From contig MU057355.1 in the NCBI GenBank assembly GCA_013239625.1, positions 10,833,914-10,897,913 of the forward strand: 64,000 nt of DNA, given 5' to 3'. The notes under the pieces are model-generated. The model saw only the letters and a program-made list of their open reading frames with translations. It was not told where the DNA came from and made no database searches. This stretch comes from Lama guanicoe. Taxonomy: Eukaryota. The position numbers and the translations under genes were made by a program. The number at the start of each line of letters is the position of its first letter. Positions within the stretch are counted from its first letter, which is position 1. This document shows, piece by piece, positions 1 through 13,705 of the stretch.

Positions 1-899
1 CTTGTTGCTATTTTTTCTAAGCCTAGATCAAAGGTTTAATAAGCAAAGAACATCCAACCTCTAAAAAGAAATATAATAATTATGATGCCATTTGCAGGAC
101 AATCCAGATTCATCTTTTGTTTCAAGGGGCCACCTTATCCTCTCTATTTACTAAAGGTGGAAAAGGTGACAATGAACAGCCAAATCTTGTTTAACATCAG
201 CTTACTTAAATGACTAAAGGAAGGTTTTTCAAGTAGAAAGTTAATGACCTGTGGCTTAACATTTTACAAAGATTTCCTTTGTTATTGAAACATTTGCTGA
301 TTATGAAGAAGAGGAGAAGACATGAGACAGTTCCTGGGGTCATTTATTTAAAGGTCTTCTAGGGAACTCTATGATGCATCAGGGACAACCATGCCCTATC
401 TATTGTTTTCTCTATTTTCAATGAATATTTTAAACTATTGAGTGTTTGGTAGAGGCCAAGCACTTTGCTAGGATCTGAGAGTAAAACGTTCACCCCATCT
501 CCACTTCCCAGACAAGAGCTGAGTCTTCAAGCTCACTTGTCCCTCCTTAGAATGACAAAATCAGCATTATTTGCTTCTGGAATGGCTCAACCCTCCTTTC
601 AGGGCTTTGCCCTCTCCAAAGGCTCTTCTCTAAAACATTGCTTGAAAAATAATTCATATTTATGTGAATAAATCCAGGACTGACTCCGCCTTTCTCTCTT
701 CACCTTTGCCCACAATTCACCTTCCCCAATAGAATCAGAATCTATTATAAGAGAATCTATCATATAAAATGATATATGAGTATTGTCTTTCAAGGAATAA
801 TTTTTAAAGAGGACCCTTGGAGAGGATAAAGTTTACCTCAATATATGAAGCCTTTGGAAATGCATCTTCAGGTAATGGAGCATCTACCCACCTAGTGTC

Positions 900-1450
900 T
901 TCCATTTCTTTAGGTTACAAGAAGAAGAAATGTACTAATATAGAAACCAAGTAGGACTGATGATAAGTTTCAGGCATTTCATGGACCAATGACAGAAAAT
1001 GAAGAATAGATGGGCATTCAGTGGAATTTTAACTAGAAGCTAGGGATTACATAATTTCTAACTTCTGTTCCTCTGAGTTCAGCCCATCTTCCCTTCTCAA
1101 CCATCTCCTTCTACTTCACCTTGCACTTGGCTCAGTGTGACTAGCAATCCCAACACTATGTCATAAAGTTTCAGCCCTTCTACGCACCACCAACTAGTAC
1201 CCGTCTCAGTTCCTCTGTTCAAAGACGGAGGAGGGATACCATGAGGGAATATGAATCAGAGCCTGATTGGTCCAGGTCATCTCTTCCAGCCAAGCTATAA
1301 AATTTGCTGACTACCCAGTGCATCAGCAGATACTGGGTAAGGTGTTCGTTCACTCCTGGCCCAGTTATCTGGGCCCAGAAAGTATCAAGGTACCAGAGTA
1401 TGCAGGGCTGTCTATATGGGATCAGGATAGCGCAGAATGTTTAAAAAGTC
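900..1450 (-). mobile_element. Degraded MaLR (MLT1-like) LTR
   Basis: CTGATTGGTCCAGGTCA...CACTCCTGGCCCAGTTATCTGGGCC resembles old MLT1 elements. Confidence 0.4.
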
Positions 1451-2169
1451 TGTGGATGGGGCAGGAAATAAAACATCTTTAGTGGATGTGGCCTCTTCGT
1501 TTTTACCTAGAAATAGCTGTAGGTTGTTATAAAATATGATCAGCCCTTCCTCTCTTCTTCCTTTCCAATTATTATAGATTTTCTTGATTCAAATCCATTT
1601 CACATTTGTTTGTTTGCCTCCCACGTCTCTTTTATTATCCTTCACTTTAAGCCCTCAACCTTTAGAAACTACTTAGTATTAAAACAAAGCAAAATCCACA
1701 CGGATCATCTTGTGACCATCGTTGCCCACTTCTACAGCAATCATAGTGAGAGGTACTCAAATGATCTCCAGCTGCCATGGCACACTGTGACCGGAATATC
1801 GAGCACCATAGAGACAAGTGGGCAAGGAGGTTGGGGCATTCACTAATGCCCTTTACACTGGATCCAGAGCGGAGCCAAAGAGCCTCTACGGTGCCCTCTT
1901 TTCAACTCACAAGAATGGACTGGCGCTGTCTCAGAACAACATAATCTGGTTTCGCTTTTACATCTGCCTGGTCTCTTTAAACTCCTACCTCCCTTTGCCT
2001 TTCTCTCTCTTTCCTCCCCAGTATGTTAACCATAATCTCAGCTATTGAGAGAAAACAAATTTCACTATAGATGGCAAACTGTCTACTTGCACACAATACA
2101 CAGTGGTCCAAGAAACTATGCCATGGAAGACAGAAAATAAAGTCATCTCCGCTGACACAAAACTCCCTT

Positions 2170-2566
2170 GTGAAATGCCCTGTTATTCCACAAATGTAAC
2201 CATCCTTTGTAGGCCTGGCCAACTGAATGCTCCTACACTCTGAACCTCAGGGACTGGGGACGAGGGGTGCCAAAGCAGTGCTGAAGTCATTGATGGCAGA
2301 GTCCTCGGTCTTGGCAGGCCAGTGAAGGTATCACCAATGGTAATTCCCGAACCAGACTGTTTCTGTGGTGTAAACTTGGATGAGAATTCGTGCTGCCCAG
2401 ACGCCCCCCCCCTCGCCCCTGCCTGTATTTTGAGCCTAGTTCTCCAAAAGCTACTGGAACTATCCCCCTGGAACTATCCCCAATGTATTTCAAATAAATG
2501 GTTTCCTAGTTTTGGTTAACCAGGGCTTGTTTTTGTTTATCACAACCAAGAAATCTAACTGATACA
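2170..2566 (+). mobile_element. Old ERVL LTR (LTR33/LTR16-like)
   Basis: 3' end AATAAA...GGTTAACCAGGGCTTGTTTTTG...CAACCAAGAAATCTAACTGATACA. The 5' boundary is uncertain. Confidence 0.6.
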
Positions 2567-3877
2567 AACAAAACCTTGAATGTGAATAAACGTGTCTTCA
2601 AAAGTCTAGATTTCATACAAACCTGTGGAAATAAATTTGGAAGAACAGCTGGAGTGTCTGAATAACAGCTGGACCCTTATAATACCTTCTGGCCCTGCCC
2701 AAGAGAGGAATATCAGTCTTAGGAGGCATGAGGGACCTCCCTGAGCAGCCCTGAGCATCTCTGCTGCTCCCTTTCCTGCGAACGGGAAGTCCCCTTCCCC
2801 AAAGACTAGAACAAGTGGTCACTCATGGTATTAGCAATCTCATTTCTTACTACCATCTTTCAGGGAGAGCTGTGATTGTCCTTCAGAAGTGTTTCTGAAC
2901 ATACTTAGTAAGGTATGTGTATTTGAAAACCAACATTGAGCAGAACACAACTTTTATTAAGAGCTGCCCCTGCAGAACTGGCCAAGGAGAAAGGGGCCTA
3001 CAAATTTTCCATTTACAGTGGAATTGTTCCCCTACCCTTCAAGGATCAGACTTCCTGCCACAATTATAAAAACAAGTTAAAACATTCAAATAAATAAAAT
3101 TGAAGGAAAACACAAATGAGAGCTATGTCAAAACAAAGATAGTAAGTTAATCATAGGTTAATGTCATTGGTAAAAAAAATATAATATACAAAACAGAGGC
3201 AAAAATATTATTGTTAAAAAGAAAACAGGTGATCATACGATTTTTACCCTTTGATCAGTTAGTCAGTGGTGGAATTAAGCTTTGAGACCAAACCTGAAAT
3301 CACTGGCCTATCCTGCCTCGTCTGCACTGAGCTGCTGAGGCCCAGTTTAACGTCTGGGACAGAGAAGACAATTCAGTAAGTAAGCAGACAATTGAGCAGA
3401 CAACTTAATAAGTAATAAATGAAATGATCTCTTCTTGGCCAAGAGACAAATTTGAGAAGTTGTCAAGGAGGGAGCTTGACAAGGGGTTAATTTTTATACA
3501 CTCATTTCTTACAGGGAAGGCATCTGTAACATGCAGTGCACTGTGCCCGAAGGGCATGGAGAGGGACTAAAAGAGGTTCTTGTCCAGAATGTCCCCCACC
3601 TCATCCTGTACCCCTTGATCTCTACTAGACACATGCACACAAAAAAAGAACATGGGAATCAGGAGAGTTAAATTCTAATATAGAAAAATACACATAAGAT
3701 TCAAATAGGTAAAAGATAAAGAGACATCAAAAGATCAGATTAAAATAAATAATAAAAAGGAAAATGAAGTCATCATTAGAGTTCAAAAAGATAATATGAA
3801 TCCAGAAGGAAACACTGTTTTGAAAAACCCTAATTCAAAATAAGAAGTGTACCAAACTGATACAAAGCCCTAAACGA

Positions 3878-3900
3878 TGTGTGTGTGTGTGTGTGTGTGT
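3878..3900 (+). repeat. (TG)n microsatellite
   Basis: Direct reading. Confidence 0.95.
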
Positions 3901-4442
3901 TTAGATAGAGCCCAAGACTCTGTCATTTAGACAAGCACATGATCCCTGTTTAACAGGCAGGTTTGACAACTGCTGGCTTGAGATTATGCCAATATTATTC
4001 AAAATGTGGCCTGCTATCAGCAACATCACCTGAGGTCTTTCAAAAATGTGAATTTTCAAGCCTACCCCAAGTTTAACACTTCGAAGCCCTCCTGGGCAGG
4101 GGGCCCTGGAGTCTTATGTCTTAACAAATTCTCCTATATTTTGATAAGTACTAGATTGCTCACATTTAAACCATGGAGCACGCATAACTATTACCTCCAG
4201 TTACTTCAAGCCTGAGAGAAAACTGAGGATTGAGGTGCTCAGAATAAGATAGCTAGTAAATGCCAAAACTAAGATAAAATTCCAGGTTTGACTGAACTCT
4301 GCAACAAATTGTCATTTAATTCTGATATTTCACCCTTAAATTTGTAGCTTTAAAGTCTTTCCCCAAATGAAAATATATTACTCTGCATGGGTAAGTCATT
4401 AAGATGAGCAAATTATATTCATTCATTAAAGGTGAAGGAGGT

Positions 4443-4688
4443 TTGGGGAGAGGGATGGGAAGGGATAAACTGGGAGTTCGAGATTTGCAGATACTGACTG
4501 GTACATTTAAATAGATAAATAAGCTTATACTGTATAGCACAGGGAAATATATTCAATATCTTATAGTAGCTTACAGTGAAAAAGAACATAAAAATGAATA
4601 TATGTATGTTCATGTATGACTGAAGAATTCTGCTGTACACCAGAAATTGACACAACATTGTGAACTGACTATACCTCAATTAAAAAAA
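4443..4688 (+). mobile_element. Artiodactyl/camelid-type L1 3'UTR fragment with degenerate TSD
   Basis: GGGATAAACTGGGAGTTCGAGATTTGCAGATAC...GACTATACCTCAATTAAAAAAA. TSD AAAGGTGAAGGAGGT (4428-4442) / AAAGATGAATGAGGT (4686-4700), 13/15 identical. Confidence 0.88.
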
Positions 4689-6789
4689 GATGAATGAGGT
4701 AAACTGTTACTATGAGAGACTTGAAGAAATGAGACTCAGAATAGTCAATCTGACAGAAGAAAATTTGATACCATAGCCCTTGGATATATTGACCCAACCA
4801 TGTATTTCAGAAATTTCAATCCAAACAGCCCTTCCATCAATTATTTCATTCTATTGTCTCTATAAGAATACTCACACTTCTCAGATATAACTTCCTAATA
4901 ACAAGACCCAGAAAACATGATTATCTTACTTACGGGGGAAATAGCCAAGGAGGCAGGTTCATATGTTTGCTGGGAGGAAGAGCCCATTCCCACCCCAAAC
5001 CCACTGCCTGCGTCCTGGGGCCAGCACATTTAAAGACTCAGAGAACCGAAAGGGACATTTGGTGATGCAACTCAAAGCAAAGAAAGAACATGCCACAAAA
5101 AAAGCACTCTACGGGTCTGACGTCATGCCGATGTTACACCTGCAGTTCTCAGCATCTCCTGCAGTGCCGCTCTCCACCCTGGTAGAAGGGATGGAATTGC
5201 ACGACTGACAGCAAACACCAGAAATGATGCAGGGACCCAAGAGAGAGAACAGAGGAGACAGAAATTTCAAAGCATCTTGAGGAAGAACAACTTTTCCTCC
5301 AGGACCTTGAGAAGAGTAATGAAATGTGGAGCGGGAGTCGTGAGCAGCCCATACTCTGAGGGTTGGAGGATGAGTGGAGGACAGGAGCGGAACTACTCAC
5401 ACATTCCCCTCCACCTGTGGACCCCACGTGAGTTAAAAATACAAATCGAACCTGAGTTATGTTTTCCTGGACTTGAGTGTGCTCATTCAGTGGACTGAAG
5501 GATGTTCAATAATGAGCTGAACCTCCAACCCTCCACAGGCGAAGACAGAGCTCTGAATGAGACGTGGGGCAGGATGGGAGTAGGGCTGAAGCCCTCAAGG
5601 AGGTTTGGGAGGAGAAGGAAATAAGCTTCACCTAAGCCTACAGGGACTCAGAGGGTGAGCTCAAACCCACCATGTGGGCCTCAGTGCCAGACCATCCTCT
5701 TTCTCCAGACTCCAGAACCACGCATGGGCTCTGAGCACTTCCAAACGCTAGGGACACTTCAAAGGCTTGCTTATTTCACATCGTCATTTTTCCATCCCAT
5801 AAAACCTCTGGCTATGAAGAAAACCAACTGATTTTTGAAGGGCCAAAAGTGAGGGAGATAAATCTAAGGCATGATGCCAGGGCACTGTCTGACACTGGTA
5901 CAATAGCTTGCATCACAACCACCAATGGCCTGATTGGAATTAATTCTAAAGTGCTTTGTAAACCACTCCAGTCCTTAGCAGCTCTTGCTGAGGCACTGGG
6001 GCTAAAAACCTACAAGCCGAATGTTAGGAAGGGAGAAAGATGCTCTCCATGATCTGAGCTGTCCTGACTCACTGGCTGCCTTCCAGACTACTTGATTAGA
6101 TCAGGACCTAAATCTGTCACCGACCTGTTTTCACATCTCTGGTACAGGCAGGTAATGTAAGCCCAAGGCTCTGAAGTTATTTTTTCTATAAAACTTGGGT
6201 TTAGCCTGTTCTGTTTTCCAGAATTCTGCAAACAGTAGCCTGTGCCTGCAGTTATTGTTAGAGGTGGGTAACAGCCTAAGAGAGGGGTCAAAGGAAACCT
6301 GGGAGCCATCCAAGCAAAGAAGACAAGATGCATGTTCATCAATGAGCTCACACACATGCCACTACCAGATTCCAGTGAGGACACGCAAGTCTGCAGGGAA
6401 ATCAGAAAATCATTGAACAGACCTGGTTCTATTCAACACTTTTGAGAGCCATAGCTGGGCACTGAGAACAAATCTCACCATCCCAGCCCCCACTGACTGA
6501 GAAGCTCTTTGGTGAGGTGCTCAATGCCGAGAATCCTAGAACAGGATATGTGAAAATAAAACACACAGCTCCTTGCCCCAAAGAATGCACATTCTAATGT
6601 AAACAAACTTATTTAAAAGAGAGTATGGTAAGTGCTATGGCGGAGGTAAACTCTTGTACTGTAGGAGCAGACAAGATGCGCAGCCAACCCAGAATGACAA
6701 GGCTCATAGCAGAAAGGTCATGATGCTCAGGGATGAAAGGATACTTGGAGGGAGAGAAGACAGAAAAGGGGAGAAATCCCAAACTCCTA

Positions 6790-6982
6790 GGGCAACAATT
6801 CCCAAACTTTTGTGGACCAAAGAATCACCCGTGAGGTTTTTTGCCAAATGCAGATTTCCAGGCTACTCCTTCCAAATCCAGAGTGTACTATTCACTGGGT
6901 GGATCCCAGGACTCCGACTGTTCACAAGCCTTCTCAGGTGATTTGGGTTTGAGTGGTCCTAGACCCCATTTTGGGAAACGCT
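6790..6982. mobile_element. MER5A-like MITE (similar copies at about 3995-4170 and 34030-34180)
   Basis: CCCAAACTTT...AGAATCACC...AAATGCAGATTTCCAGGC...CTCAGGTGATT...TTTGGGAAAC. Confidence 0.65.
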
Positions 6983-8620
6983 TTACCCAAGCCAAGGCAA
7001 GATCACCCCCACTCTCTCAAGTGTGCTATTCCGGACCTGAGGTAGGCAGCATTGCAAAGTCAGAAAAGTCATCATTACTGACTTTGTCTATACTTTCTGC
7101 ACCCTTTCAGCTGCCATCCACTCAAATCATGCTCCTGTTTGTCCAGACACTCCTCAATGGAAATAAGTTCTTTGGGAAATGAGCCCTTTGCATCCCAGTG
7201 TAAAGTGCGGGTCTTGAGTCCCCATGACCAGGATGAATTTGCTTTTTATCCTGACCTCTGAAGAACAAAACTCTTTTGTCTTCAATTAAAGGAATGTGAA
7301 TATCCTCAGGGAGGCAGAATCATTTGCAGACATGCCAGGGGAACTTTCCTCTTGACCAGAAAAATCAGATCTTGAAGGTGGTCATTTATTTAGCTTATGG
7401 GAAAAGGTACCCCAGAGTTCTGGGACAGGCTTACTCTTTGGACTCCTCACTCTATCCACACTTCCTATCTCTTACACAAGATGCGCCATTAATGGGTCTT
7501 CATTTCCTTGTGGGCCAACAAGTTTTATGCTTCCCTCCATATTTTCAGAAGATAAGGTTTGAGAATAATCTCCAATAAGGCTCCTGGGTTTCTCACCCAA
7601 GCCAGGGTCCTGGAGAAGCCCTGTCCTTCCCTGAGGCATCAAGGAGAAAAGGAAGGCAGGCTGACAGCCACGGGAGCCTTCACAGATGAATAGGTTTGAA
7701 AGCTGGTTTACACATATCACCAAACACCAAAGGGAAAACACTTGGAACATACAACTGGATACTACTTTTCCTAACCATATTAAATCAGTTTCTTCAGGGT
7801 ATCACTTCCTTCCATACCTAGTGTGTTCCCTGACTGTGCCCATCTTCCAATCTCTCTCCCACTCCCATCTTTTTGCCTCTGCTCTTGCTTGAAAAGCACC
7901 ACCCAGATCCTCATTGTCTCTCTCCTGGTGGTCCACAGTAACAGGCTCAGAACCAGCCTACAGACTCCAATCCACCCCACCAGCGCTGCCGGATGAGTAT
8001 TTGAAAAGCACAGCTACCGCCAGGTAAGTCCGCTGCTCAGTGGCTCCCCGACACCTCCAAGGAAGAGCTTCTTCACCACAGGAACCCAACTTCACCCTGT
8101 ACAACAGCCAGACAGACCTCCATGCTGTTTTCTTCCAAGGCCTGTCTTAAATTCTCTTATTTGCTTTGGTTGTTGTTGCTGCTTTTTAACATTTTTTAAA
8201 TGTTATAAATGCACATGGTAAACATTCAAACAGTGCAAAGGATATTAGGCAAAAAAAGTATGTCTCTCTTCACCATTGAATCCAACCCTATACCCTTTCC
8301 CATAGGCTGCAGTGTTACCAGTGTCAGAGCAGTTCAGAGCACCTATAAGCACAGATGTGTGTCTATGCCCCCCCCTTAAAGATAAACAGGAGCACACCAT
8401 ACACACTGTTCTGCACTTGACTTCCATCATCTAATAATGTCTTACGGATTGTTCTATATCAGTGTGTATGGAGAGAGCTCCCTCATCCTTTTAGCAGATG
8501 TATAATATTCCACTGTAAAACAGATCATAATTTATTTAACCAGTACTCTACTGATGAACAATTTGATAGTTCAGCCTTTTGCAACTAAAAATGATTCTAA
8601 ATTATACATCAAGATCTATC

Positions 8621-8771
8621 CATAGGCAGATTTACAATGAAGCTAATGCAGCTCAAGTTTCAGTGTCCCCCACTTTCATGGGTCCTTTGGTGTTTTGTTC
8701 CCCTTAAAGAGAGATCTATATATAAAATTATATATGGGCTTCAAGATCCACAAAACCTGGATCAGCACCTG
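8621..8771 (+). mobile_element. MER53 (hAT MITE) nested in an old L1ME fragment (about 8190-8860)
   Basis: CATAGGCAGATTTACAATGAAGCTAATG...CCACAAAACCTGGATCAGCACCTG with degenerate terminal inverted repeats. Confidence 0.75.
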
Positions 8772-9869
8772 GATGTAGTAGAAACTGTCTATGACAGTGA
8801 AGTCAAAGTGCATGAGTATTTTACATTTTGATTAATGTTGTTGAATTCTGAAATCAATTCTGTAATTACATTGATGGAACCTCTCACCACCTTGTTCAAT
8901 TCCCATGGGAATTCTACTGTCACCTGCTTTAGTTATTCAGGTACTTCTCTTATCTTCTTCTTGGGGCTGCATGCACCTTGAAGTCAGCACTCAAGTCCCC
9001 TGTCTCTATTCTGCTCAGAACCTAGCATTGCTGCCTCCACACAGTAGACACTCAAATATTTGTTGACTCTGTCAGAAGTCCTTCTCAGACATGATGCATA
9101 TATAATCAGACAATAAAGTACTCACTGAGTGAATAATAAACCACTCTGCAGCACCTTAAATACAATTTGATTTTAGCCTCAATTCATGAGATACCTGCTC
9201 GACCAACTTTCCAGACTTAATGACTATGCTCTCCTTTCCATCATTAAAGTCATGTAAAAATAGTACATAGAAGTAGCCTAAGGCCAAAGACTTATAAAAT
9301 ATCCCCTAATATGTTCTCTTCCCTTTTTTAATATTAGGCCACTGATACTGCAGTCTAAATATAACCTTGTGAACTAATTTAATTTGCAAATATGAAAAAA
9401 GAAGCAAAAGCTTACTGAAGCTGAAACACATGCTGGCTACTTCCTCCTCATTATTTTCAATAAGGGGTCTATTACTTTGCCAAAGAGGCAAATTTCATTT
9501 GTTAGACATAGCTGGTTCTTGACACAGTGGCACCAGGTATTAGAAACCTCTTCAGTTCATCTCCAGTGTTAGCCAGTAAGTTCAGAGGCATTCGAGTTAA
9601 GGTAACCAGAATCTGCAGGCATTAAATTGGATGGGATACATAATTTCTTATTTTAAGTAATCTGAAGTTTAGCAATGTTGAAATCAGTGCTGAAGGCACC
9701 ATTTTTTAATATAATAAAAACTGGTATTAGACAATCCCAGAACTCCATTTAAGCAGTATTATACACTAATCTTAGCCTCTTTGACTATCATTAGACATTC
9801 ACTTGATTCCAACTCAACTGTCTCTCCATGCTTCCTAAAATCTCTTTTCCTCTTCCATTAAGCCCAGGA

Positions 9870-10137
9870 GTTTTCCAGCTTTGATATGCATCATAATCAC
9901 CCGGGAAGTTATTAAAAACACAGTTCCCTGCTCCCATTCCTACTCTGTATGACTCAATACACTCTCCAGACTTCGCTACTCAAACTATGGTCCCAGCAAT
10001 ATCACCTTGACATCACCTGGGAGCTTGCCCGATATTCAGAAGCTTAGGCCAAAACCTAGCCCTACTGAATTAGAATCTGCACTTCTAACAAGATTCCTGA
10101 GAGATCAGTATGCACTTTATAGTTGAAGAAGCACTGA
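9870..10137. mobile_element. Two adjacent MER5-type fragments
   Basis: AATCACCCGGGAAGTTATTAAAAACACAG, and CATCACCTGGGAGCTTG...CCTACTGAATTAGAATCTGCACTTCTAACAAGATTCC...AGAAGCACTG. Confidence 0.75.
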
Positions 10138-11767
10138 GCTCTTCCCCTCTTCCTTCCAGCCTTTTCAGTTTGTCTCCTTGACTCATCTCCTCTTGTCTAT
10201 TCAAAGTCATTATTCCTTAAATCATCTCTCTCTCTTTTTTTTTTTTTTTTAACATTTTCACCATGCAAGGTACCTGAAATTCAGCAGTGAATGAGTCAAA
10301 GTCCCTACCACCATGGAGTTTATCTTCAGGAAGAAAGATAAATAAAATCAAATTAAATGAAATAGGTAATGACCAGGATAGGCTAAGAAAGAAAGACACA
10401 CAGTAGAATAAGGAGGAGGTAGGTATTATTGTTATTCTCATTTTACAGACAAGGAAATTGATGCTGGCGGCTACACAATTAATTGAGGGTCACATAGCTA
10501 GTAAACAGCAGAGATGAGTTTAACCTAAAGTAGAGCCTACTCTGGTAACTACTCTGCTAACATGACACAGAAAGTGCAGCACTTAGATTTAGGTTTGTTC
10601 ATACTAGCCTTCTCTATGCCATTAAGGACACTGACAATGCTTTTTAAAAATTTTTTAATTTAATTTAATTTTTTTTCCACAGGAATGGTCCACTACTACC
10701 TTTAGGACTTCCTTCCAACACAGTCTCACACCCATTCTTCAAATATTGATATGCATGTGGAGGTGATGACAACATGATCCCCACTGCCTGGACAACAGTG
10801 GCTAAGACACATGGAGATTTAAAATATGGAAAATGTGCATCTTAGAATCGAGAACGTGCCCGCTGAGAGGCCGCCCGACCACCTGCCATCACTGACTGCC
10901 ACCACAACAGGGTCTGTGTTGAAGGATCCTGTAAGGCAACAGTGATTTATTGCTTGAATGGTGAGTCATTGGTGAAACTTTAGAAAGCACTTCTTAAAGT
11001 GCATGGAAACCAGCTAGCAGTAGGTATTATGTCCACATTATAATGAATTGCCCAGCACACCCAATCTGAGGGAATTAAACATGATTTGTCGTAATACAAA
11101 GGGGGATGTACTATCATTGGTTTAGAAGATGACCATGTTCTAAGTAAGTACAGTAAGTGATGGTCTGCGCTCAGGGTCATTAAAAAAAAGAGTGGGGCAT
11201 GTTTATCAAAGAATAGGAGGGGTGGCAGCTGCACAGAGTCAGGGAGCTATCTTTATAGAATACAGTTTAAGAGTGAATACATTCAAGTTAATAACCTTTT
11301 TGCAAGAAACATGGAGTCCCAGCTTGAAACTAAACATCCTCCAAAATGGGCCTTGTGTAGTTAATGAGTTCTCAGCTCAAGTCTCCCTATGTTCCACATC
11401 AGTCCGCCGTTAAAACAAAACACTTAAAAAAGCACCCCAATCTGCTTTGATCTGCAGAGGAGGGAACAATAACAATAATACAAAGAAAAACAATAGCTAT
11501 CATGGGTTGAGCTCTTTGTACGTGATGGGCACTGTATTACACACTTAATACACAACGCCCCACTTAATCTTCAGTTATGAAGTGGACACTTTGAATATCA
11601 CTACTTTATGGAGTAGAAAACTGAAGGTTGGAAGTTTTAGGAAACTTGCTTGAGGACTCCTGCTGGGAAATGGCAGAGCCGTGAATCAAAACTGGTCTTT
11701 CCATCCCCTGAGCCTATTTGCTTTCCATTATACCTCACTGCCCACTGTCACTAATTAACAAGGTGGT

Positions 11768-12000
11768 ACATAACTATATATAAAACAGATAAACAACAAA
11801 GGCCTACTGTATAGCACAGGGAACTATATTCAATTTCTTGTAATAACATACAATGGAAAAGAACCTGAAAAAATATCTATGTATGTATGTGTATAACTGA
11901 ATCTCTTTGCTGTACACCTGAAACTAAGATTGTAAATCAACTACACTTCAATAAGAAATAGAATTTAAAAAAGAAACAGAATGCATAATAAAGAAAAAAA
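11768..12000 (+). mobile_element. L1 3'UTR fragment
   Basis: ATAAAACAGATAAACAACAAAGGCCTACTGTATAGCACAGGGAACTATATTCAA...CTACACTTCAATAAG followed by an A-rich tail. Confidence 0.85.
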
Positions 12001-12831
12001 TTTATAAGATAGTAAAATAAAACCCAGGGTTCCTTCGAATCCTTTCCACAAAGATCAAAAGGATGCCCTATTCAACTCTTACCAGTATATTAGAGTAACC
12101 TATGTTGATTTAAAAATACAGCCCACTCAAATTTTAGAATTCCTCCTGCAATCCAGGATACATGAGGAATATTTGGGAGATGCATAATTTATGCACTGAA
12201 TGAAGGACTGGCAAAATTTAAATTTTTTTTGAAACTTATACATACTCTTTTGGTTCCATTTACAACAATAGATAATATCTGGTGGTATATAAGTATGGGT
12301 AAAGAGAAAGCGACAACGAGAGACATAGTAATAGTGGTGATCATAGACACATACAACCTTATAATTACACTTTTGAAGATCTTTAACACATTTCTCAAAA
12401 GCAATATTCAGGGCTGCCCATGTGCATAAAGTCAGGCAATCTTGGCTTCAAGTTCTTGCTTACTGGCTGTGTGATTTTGGTCAAGTTACTTAACTTCTCT
12501 GAGTTTAGTTCTTCCGTCTATAAAATGGGGAATGATAATGCCTTCTTTCCAGAATTATTTTTTAGGTTTACTAATGATATATATAATGTGCCTCATATGA
12601 TGGCGGGCCTCACACATTCATCTACTCATTCATTCACGTATTGAGCCATTCAGTATTCACTGAGCACCTATTACATTTCAGTCACACTTCTAAATATTAA
12701 GGAAACAGTGGTATACAATTAAACTCAATAAGACACATACCCTGCCCTCAGAAAGTCTATAAATTTGTGAAGAAACTGCATTACATCAACAAATCATAAA
12801 ACATCCATAAAATTACAACCATGAAAAGTGC

Positions 12832-13705
12832 ACCTGGACACATCAGCTATCTAAAAGAGCTCCCAATGGTCAAAGGAAGAAGAAAAGAAAGTAGTATTAG
12901 ATTATAACCCAAAGTATAAAATAAATATTCATGATTTCATACCGATTTAGGTAAACGAATGAATAAATGAATGGGGGAGAAGAGTCAATCTCCCACGCAG
13001 AAGAATTTCAAATAGATTACACAGGTACTACACTCTAAAGGAGGGGGGACGTAGCTCCCCGCTCATTCAGTGTGGGCTATGCATAGTGACTTCCTCCCAC
13101 AGAGTGCAGTATGGAAAGGAGAAAATAAAGAGTAACTTTGCAGCAGAGAAACCTGGCAAACACTACTTCAGCCAGGGGATAAAGGTCGATATTGACACTC
13201 ATACATCATGCTGATAGTATGTACCCTTGATATGATGTGATTAAAATAGCACTTTACTCCTGTGATCCTCCCCAAAATCTATAACCCTAGTCTAATCATG
13301 ACAGAAACATCAGATAAATCTCAATTAGCAGACACTCTACAAAGTACTTGATCAGTACTCCTCAGGACTGTCAAGGTCATCAAAAACAAGAAAAGTCTGA
13401 GAAACTGTAACGGATAAGAACTTAGACACGATGATTAATTGTAATATAATATCCTGGATGAGACCCTGTGACAGGAAGAGAATATTAGGTGAAATGTAAG
13501 GAAATCTGAATGAAGTATGTATTTTAGTTAGAAATAATGTTTCCATATTGATTCATTAATTGTAACACATGTACCATACCAATATACCATGTTACTAATA
13601 GGGAAAACTGGGTTCTGGGTATATGGAAACTATATACCATCTTCACAATTTTTCTGCAAATTTTAACATGTTCTAAAAATAAAGTTTACTTAAAGAAATA
13701 TTTTA
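12832..13705 (+). mobile_element. L1MC3/L1MC4-type 3' end
   Basis: GAGCTCCCAATGGTCAAAG, GAGAAACCTGGCAAACACTAC and GTCAAGGTCATCAAAAACAAG...CTGAGAAACTGT, ending TTCTAAAAATAAAGTTTA. Confidence 0.85.

Noticed and set aside
13349-13357. Mooring-like TGATCAGTA (also TGATCAGT at about 3252, 20023 and 56618)
   Set aside because: These are inside repeats (L1MC, L2) or upstream of the presumed transcription unit, and none reproduces the apoB ACAAT-spacer context.
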